From: Marsupella aquatica
Lineage: Eukaryota; Plantae; Marchantiophyta
DNA length: 64,000 bases
Assembly (NCBI GenBank): GCA_973895155.1
Contig: OZ316896.1
Location: forward strand, 20,448,754-20,512,753
Reading direction: 5' to 3'
Positions 56,975 to 64,000 of this stretch are shown in pieces. Position 1 is the first letter of the stretch. Every line of letters begins with the position of its first letter. Under the pieces are notes generated by a model, which was given only the letters and a program-made list of their open reading frames with translations, was not told where the DNA came from and searched no databases. The translations under genes and the position numbers were made by a program.

Positions 56975-57195
56975 CTGGCTTTGGTCAGGTGGCCAGGGGG
57001 GCCAGGGGATGAGCCTGGAACTTAGAGGTCCCAGATTCAATCCCCCTCCAAGGGTATCTGTGTATGTGTGGGTGGAGTGGTGGCAGTCCTGTCGTTCCTT
57101 AGCCTTGTCAGCTTTGGGGCTCTGGGTCAACCCTCTCTCTCCCTCCTGGTCTCGGGTATAGTCCCCTTGTGGCTTGTGGCTACCATACACAAAAT
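56975..57195 (+). mobile_element. Possible tRNA-derived SINE
   Basis: GC-rich island with an A-box-like TGGTCAGGTGG (~56982) and a B-box-like GATTCAATCCC (~57034). No convincing TSD. Confidence 0.3.
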
Positions 57196-58048
57196 AGCAG
57201 GCTCCTGAGGAGAAAGTCTATCCTCTCTTGCATGGGTTTGCCTTGGGCTTTCCTAAGCTCTTAGGCAAGCAAGTGCCAGTGCTGACTCGGTGAGGAAACA
57301 CTCGGTTCACCGCAAAACCGCATCAGTGAGGGAGAAGGGAACTGGTGTCAACTTTCCCAGTTTGTAAGACAAGTCGCGGTATCTACTGTGATTACACCGT
57401 TGATCAATATGTTATTCATTTCGAGAGCTCGATAAGTATATAGAGGTCCGTCGTCCTCTGTGGTTCAGTCTGTTCATCGCTTTGGCGATCATTGAGTTCA
57501 CAGGAAACTATCTTTTGTCCTCTGCCTTACACTGGATCGAATACGTTTGTCTAGATATAATCCTGCATCGGTCCGTGGTTCTCTGTCGCTCACTCGGTTC
57601 ATCGCTTTGGAGATCGGAACGGTTCACGGGAGACTATGTTTTGTCCTCTGACTTACACTGGATCGAATGCGTTTGTCTTGCTAGAATCATACAGCTGCTT
57701 TCAATGGTGTCGTGTTGATTTTCCATCGAGCTGAAATCTGTCTGGGATTGGATAGTTTTGTCATCGATCGACTGTGACAAACAGTTAGCGATGTCAAACG
57801 GGGAAGTCCCTTGATCGCGGAGCTGGGTTAGAGCCCCAGACGGATATATAGCGCCTGTCTTAGTTTGGGTCTTAGTCAATTTTCGCGCAGCAATTAGGCT
57901 CTGCTCTGGCACAAGTTGTGCCACCATAAGTCGTTTTTCCTTATTTTCTTATCATCAATTGCATTCGTGGAAGGTTCGGGGCTGTTCGATTTGATCCAGC
58001 CCCCTGACTGTCTGCAGATCCGATTTGGTCCAGCCGTCAGAAAATATC

Positions 58049-61000
58049 ATGGAGGATTTGGTAGCGCAGATAAGAAGTAGTGGAGAACTTCATTTTGCAG
58101 ACAAAGAGGTAAATGAGCAAAATGACGCAGAGTGCAAATTGTTCTTCGAGCACGTAATGTTCAACCCGGTGCTGCGTTCCGTGTCTCTGGATTACAGCTC
58201 ATATTTCGGGTCTGTTGAGAGCTGTAAGTTGCTAGGGGAACTTGTGAAGAGAAGCACAACCCTCGAGGATCTTTCGATGCATGGAGTTGGCATGGATGGC
58301 GATGGCCTGTCGTATATCATCAGGGGGTTGCTTGAGAATCCCCATTCAGTACTTTGGAGGCTAGAAATTGGTTCAAACGCCAAACTCGGAAAGAGAGGGG
58401 CTGAGCTGGTGGAGGAGCTCCTGTTGCGCGACATCCCAAGCTTCAAAGTTCTCGGCATCTGGGGTCCAGGATGGACTGCAAAAGAGACCGCTCCCGTGGC
58501 CAGGGCTTTGTCAAAGAACACGACGCTGCGTCGCTTGGCATGTGGAGTCGGATATGGCATCTCTCACCCCCATCAAGAGGGGCCGCTGACTTATCTTTTG
58601 AAGGCCCTCACACCGGTTGATCTGTTGACCTCCGAGCAACATTTATACCAAGATGACAAATATAATACAACTCTCGAAGTACTCAGCATGAACTACGAGT
58701 AAGAGAAGGGAATAGCAGAAAATCTCGTGCAAATGCTCACTCACAACAACTCCTTGAAGTCTCTTGGAATGCGATTCTTCCAGTTCGATCCTGCGCAGTG
58801 GAGCAAGGTTTGGGAGGCACTGAAAGACAATCATATGGTGGAAAAGATGGATCTCTACCGCTGCGGACCAGGGCTTAACGATGCCTTCTTCGATCTTATG
58901 GACCTTCTCCAAGCGAACAGGACAATTAAGGAAATTCAAATGGACGAAACAGCGCTGGATGAGAGTGGGCAGTCTGCTCTAGTAAAACAGCAACTTGGAC
59001 GGAACGCGAGGCTGGCGGGTTACTTCGGCACCTTACAGAACAAATTACAATTTGTCCCACCCAAGATTGGACGCCTTATCCTTTGCGGATATCCACGAGC
59101 AGGTACGTGACCCCGGCGTCTGCAACGTATCGTCGTTTTTACATTTTCGTTCAATCGGATATCAAGAGAATGGTAGTGAGATAAGGATATTTTTGTTATT
59201 AAGGACGTACTTTCCCTCCTATCCTATATAACATGTAGTTTAGTATATACCGCCCAAACTTGAGAAATTGCGAAAGTCCTTGATTTATGTTTCTCTCTCA
59301 CGCCTCATTGTATCTATCATAAAATGTAACGTAGGCGTTAAGATGGTCAGTTTCAACGCTCAACTTAAAAAGAAAAAGCTCTTTGATTCTCTTTCTTTGG
59401 TGGGTTTCTCTAAAAAGCTCTTGAGTTCCATGTTTTTCGAAAGTGTCATGGTGGTTTCCGGAGCTGCAGGTCGCCGCAGGACGGTACCTAAACCGGATAA
59501 TGTTCAGTTTCGGTAGTCCAGAGTTTTGATACTCTGAAATTCAAGTCCTGATGAAGCACCTCTGAATGATCTCATTCGTGACAGCTAGGAGCCAGCATTT
59601 GTTGTTGTTGCTGCTGTATCTACATAAGCAAATGGTCAAATGGTCTGCGCGAATTGAACATAGTTATTACATGAAGGTTTTGTCACTCAATTTGGGAGAT
59701 CTTGAGGTTAGGTCTAGCAGCGGCGCTTTCATGCATTGTGCAGGTAAGACCACTCTTCGAAGGTCCATGGTTGGCACGCAGGGGAATGCTATCAACCGAT
59801 CATTATTTGAAGCAACATCGTACATGGCCAATCAAAGTTGTTTTTGCCCGTCTTACTTCGACAGAAGAACTCAAGGGATCGAGATACGGCTCTTGAGAGA
59901 TTCCACAGACAAACATATTGCTGTTTGGGATATGGCCGGACAGGATGAGTACCATGCTTTGCACGACAGCCATTACTTGTTTCCCGACATTAATCAGGCC
60001 TGTGTGTTCCTATTTCTGTACAAACCTGTCTTCAATGACAACGGTAGTTGGGATGAGGTGGAATCAGCCCAATGTTTGGAAAAGGAGCTGTGTTATTGGC
60101 TCGGTTTCATAACCTCAAATTGCAGGAAAACTGGACGGATACTACCACAAGTTTCAGTTGTGTTGACCCATTTGGACAAACTGTCCAGAGCATTTGGGAA
60201 AATGGAGTCAATCCGGAAGGAAAGGTATATCGAGTGGGCGAGAACGACGGGGAAGGTGGATGAGTTGAGTAGAGTCTTCGAAGGTCGTGTGGAACTTAAC
60301 GCTAGTAAGGTTCACGCTATCAATTCCTTGTCAGTCCGACATGCTCGTCAAGTTGTCGATGATGTTTTCGAACGTTTCGATTCTTTATTCTCATCAAAAC
60401 TGCCAAAAGTACCTGCTGCTTGTGAGGAAATGAATCTTTTCTTGGCAAAGTGGACCGCTAAGAGAAGTCACAGCGTTTATCCGATCATTACGCAAGAAAA
60501 GTTTTTCGATCTTTGCAAGACGATGAAGGAAATAGATGATCTATTTCAAGAAGTCCCGGCAGAACTTGCCAGTGAAGAACAGGAAATCAGAATAGCTTAT
60601 CGCAAAAAGAACGAGCTAGCTGTAGCATCTTATTTGCATGACGTGGGTTCCATCATTCACTTCCCGAATTCGTCCTTCGTTGTAGTGGACCCGAATTGGC
60701 TCGGTAGAGTTTTCTTGGGACAGTTGTTTAGGCCAGGAGATGAAACGTATGAGCCTTTCATTGATAACACCACAAACGGGTGCGTATCTCACCTAAGACT
60801 TCGAGTAGTCTTGGAAGATTTCATTCAGAGAAGGAGCTATCGTGGATTCACGGCCGGGGACTTGATACGACTCATGAAGGAGCTGGAACTCTGCTACGAA
60901 GAAGAGTTGGGAACTGATCCTCCAACCGGGCCTCCAACCCGCTCATATTTCGTTCCAAGCACTCTCGACGACCCCAAAGGCCTGGCTCGCCGAGGCAGAC

Positions 61001-63557
61001 GGAGGCTAAAATGGACGCCAGTGGACGAAAGGTCAAGCAGCGGGAAGTCAAATTATCCAACCTACAGTGGTCGTCGATTGCAGTGCACGGATCAATTTCG
61101 AACGTTCCTAACCCCTGGCTTTTTCCAAAGATTTCAGGTAGCTATATTTCATTTCTTCTTTCCTGCTTATTGCTGCAACCTTTGATCCTGGAACTCGACG
61201 ACATATTATCGAATCACCCTTTGAGTGAATTGCTTGGATTACTGCTGCTTCCTGTCAGCTGAAGACTGTTTTGCCAGCTAGATGCATGTACGTAGACCAT
61301 TCCTTCAAATTAAATGATGTGTTTGTTCATCAACGGACTAAGAGTTTTAAGTTTGCTTAACGAGGTTTGCGTTGAACCGAACCTTCAGGTCTATCTACAG
61401 ACGTTTTTGCGCGGCCAAACGTCGCAGTTGATATACAAGATTGAGAAAAATCTGATTATACTGCAGCACGATGGACTTGAGATACTCATGGAGAAGAGTG
61501 GAGAGGACGGTCTTCTCGACGGAGATTATGTGGATATTCTAGTGAAGTCCTACAGCCAGGCACGAGGTGACCACTTATTAGTCACCGATCTTGTGGAGCA
61601 GCTACGACTCTTCTGCGCGTCTCGAGAGGGCTGCCCAGGTGTGGCGCTGCAAGAGGCAATCCTGAGGCCGCAGTGCGTCGAGAGGCTGTCCTTGTGCTTT
61701 CACAGGAAGAACCAGGCAGTTCTGAAGGAGGACTTGACGAAAGCCGTGATGAAAAAACTCTTTGAGTCGGTTGACTTGGAAGTTTGGGACGACGGCTCGT
61801 ACGCCAATTCCGTGCAGGACATGTCAAGGATTTACACGCACTTCTTTCCCGCTGTGCCAGAGGACGAGTACCTTGATAAAGGAGAGTGGGTCGAGGCGAT
61901 GCAAATGCTAACTCTCCTAGACGTAAAAGAAGCTATTTTCAAGTACAGAGTCACGATTAGTGAACAGCGATATGGCCTTTTTCAAGCCGTTGATGAGGTC
62001 CAGAACGTTACTGGCGCTGAAGTGCCGTCTACGTCCAAAACGACATCGCAGCCTGTGCAATCAGCTGGTGAATCGGAAGAACCAGAGGGGCCACCTGACG
62101 GGCCGGACGCGTGGCGTTGGTACCTGAATGTAAGCACTACTCATGTACCGAGTCACTTACTCACTTTGAGTGCCTAGACTGTGTATAGATGCCAATATTT
62201 GTAATACTTACCTGTCCGTAAGCAGTTAAAAACTTAATTTCAGCATCTAAATAGTTTCTCGCCTGTGTCCACTTTATGACGGGTGATTGCTTTGAGTACG
62301 ATCGTGAATTCACATTTTCATGAGCGACATTCTGTAAGTCTTTAGATTGTATGATGATCGGTCCTTTTACTTTTTTCCAGCCTCCTGATGGTATCTACAG
62401 TCTAAACTCTTCGTGGGTATTAATTTGTGCGACTGCTATGCCCTCTACAGGAAATGGATAGGAGAATTCGAGAACCCCTTTCAAGGCAGTTGAGAGATGT
62501 GCAGGACGTCGTCATTTCGAAGATTGAGGAACAGACGGAACTTTTGCTTCAACATATTGCGGCGAGCTTGGATGATATGCAGATGCTCCACCAAAAGATG
62601 CAAAGCACTCTGGTGGAGAAAATGGACGAACTCATGGGGTCCGTTGCAGAGTTGCAGGATATACCCGGTTTGCCTTACTTTTCAGACAAAGGCGTGAACT
62701 TGCAGCAACGGTTGGTGGCTTTCCTGCAAATCGGAGAACCCATCAAGCTGCATTTCATGTGCGAAAGTCCAAACCAACCTCACTATGTCGAGGATCAAGA
62801 GGGTCTGTCCTTGGTCAGCTTGTTGCCGGGGTAAGCACATGCACTCACTTTCCTTCGAGTTTATTCCATAACAAGAAGAAGTAACGGACAAAAAGACAGT
62901 GCTTCAGAAATCTCGGAAACTTGGGTTCTGATGTTTGTTAGCAGTAAATTTCCAACTGTTTCAATTATATTATTGCATGAAATTTCGGATCCCAGGGGCC
63001 AGATCCGATTATACACCTCCATTGGACAGACTAAAGTTATAAGTTTGATATCGGAGAATTCCTTGACAGTTGGGTTCAGTGTCATAGGGGAACCTTTTTG
63101 TTCTGAAGCTTAATTTATGTTGCCTGTGTCTAAACTTAGATTACTATCTTCTGTAATGAAGGTGAGTTGTTCAAGTGCAACCTCCCTAGAAGCCAACCCC
63201 AATTTTATCAGCAGTGACTACGTCCGAATTATAGATTACCCGTTAAACAGTGGAGTCGAGCTTAATCTCGCATCAAAATTTCTGAATCTGTGCTCGCACT
63301 CTGTCAGGGACACATACAAAAAGCTGAGGCCCCTTGTATTGGGCTCTCTCAAGATCTTGTTCATTCTGGCGAAAGTTGGGCTTCATGTTGCTGCTGGCAT
63401 CGGGAATGCAATCCCCGACTTTTCATCGTGGCCTGGAGCTGCGCCACTGCTTGTTACGAGTTTGACCGGAACTGATATCATGGACAACATCAAGGGATCC
63501 ATGTTGGATTGCAAGCAAGTTGACAGTACTCTGGCAGAGGCATGGGGAATTATACAG
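58049..63557 (+). pseudogene. TRN1: TORNADO1-like LRR-Roc-COR gene, copy 2; premature stop; last exon outside the window
   Basis: Exons 58049-59102, 59744-61137, 61389-62129, 62451-62830 and 63308-63557, colinear with copy 1. TAT changed to TAA at 58700-58702. Confidence 0.85.
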
Positions 63558-64000
63558 GTAAAGAGACTCTACTTTCCCCCTCGCTAATTCAAATCCTTCT
63601 TGCAGTCAGTTTTAGATTTGTTCGATCTTCTACACCAGTGCACCTTTTCGCCCTCTGAACCGCCAAACAAATCAAATGGGGAGAAAACTTTGCTGTTGCG
63701 TTTCCCACCATCACTCCATGTGTCGACAAATGTTTACAGATCAACAGACACGCCAGATCCAAGCTGCCGACCGTCAGTGTTAGCAAGAATAGGGGTCGCC
63801 AAACCAACCCGCCCGGAAACCCACCATGATCCGCGACCGAGACCCATTAGAAAGTATGAATGCACAATTTCTGGAATGGAGGTCAGCTTGGAGGGACTTG
63901 GTGGGGTTGTCGACTTTCAATCATGGCGGCATGGAAATTCAATTCCTGGAATTGAACGTTTCTCTCTACATGATCTGGGGAGGCTTGGCCACCAATACTG

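Overview
Intron-containing eukaryotic, land-plant-like genomic DNA. The tandem TORNADO1-like Roco genes and the transposon types suggest a bryophyte or liverwort (inference only). About 70% of the window is nested transposons. In order: the right end of a Sola-like (DUF7869-type DDD) TIR transposon (1-4051); a ~180-bp tandem array; two non-autonomous minisatellite-filled Helitrons; a short-LTR Copia-type non-autonomous element (11676-24234, TSD GCAAT) containing a complete CACTA element (14063-23720, TSD ATT); a decayed Crypton/DUF3504-type tyrosine recombinase; and a PIF1 helicase pseudogene split by a complete 12.9-kb Sola-like element (31746-44605, TSD CTTA). The right third holds two tandem LRR-Roc-COR TORNADO1-like genes, one intact and one with a nonsense codon. 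The main novelty is transposon cargo resembling chromatin-modifying machinery. The Sola-like element carries a ParB/Srx-like plus beta-class N4/N6 DNA-methyltransferase-fold gene with palindrome arrays in its introns, and an FCP1/NIF phosphatase-like gene. The CACTA carries a SET-domain exon that can be spliced in frame to the transposase's own zinc-binding first exon. All domain calls are by-eye motif recognition and need HMM or structure confirmation.
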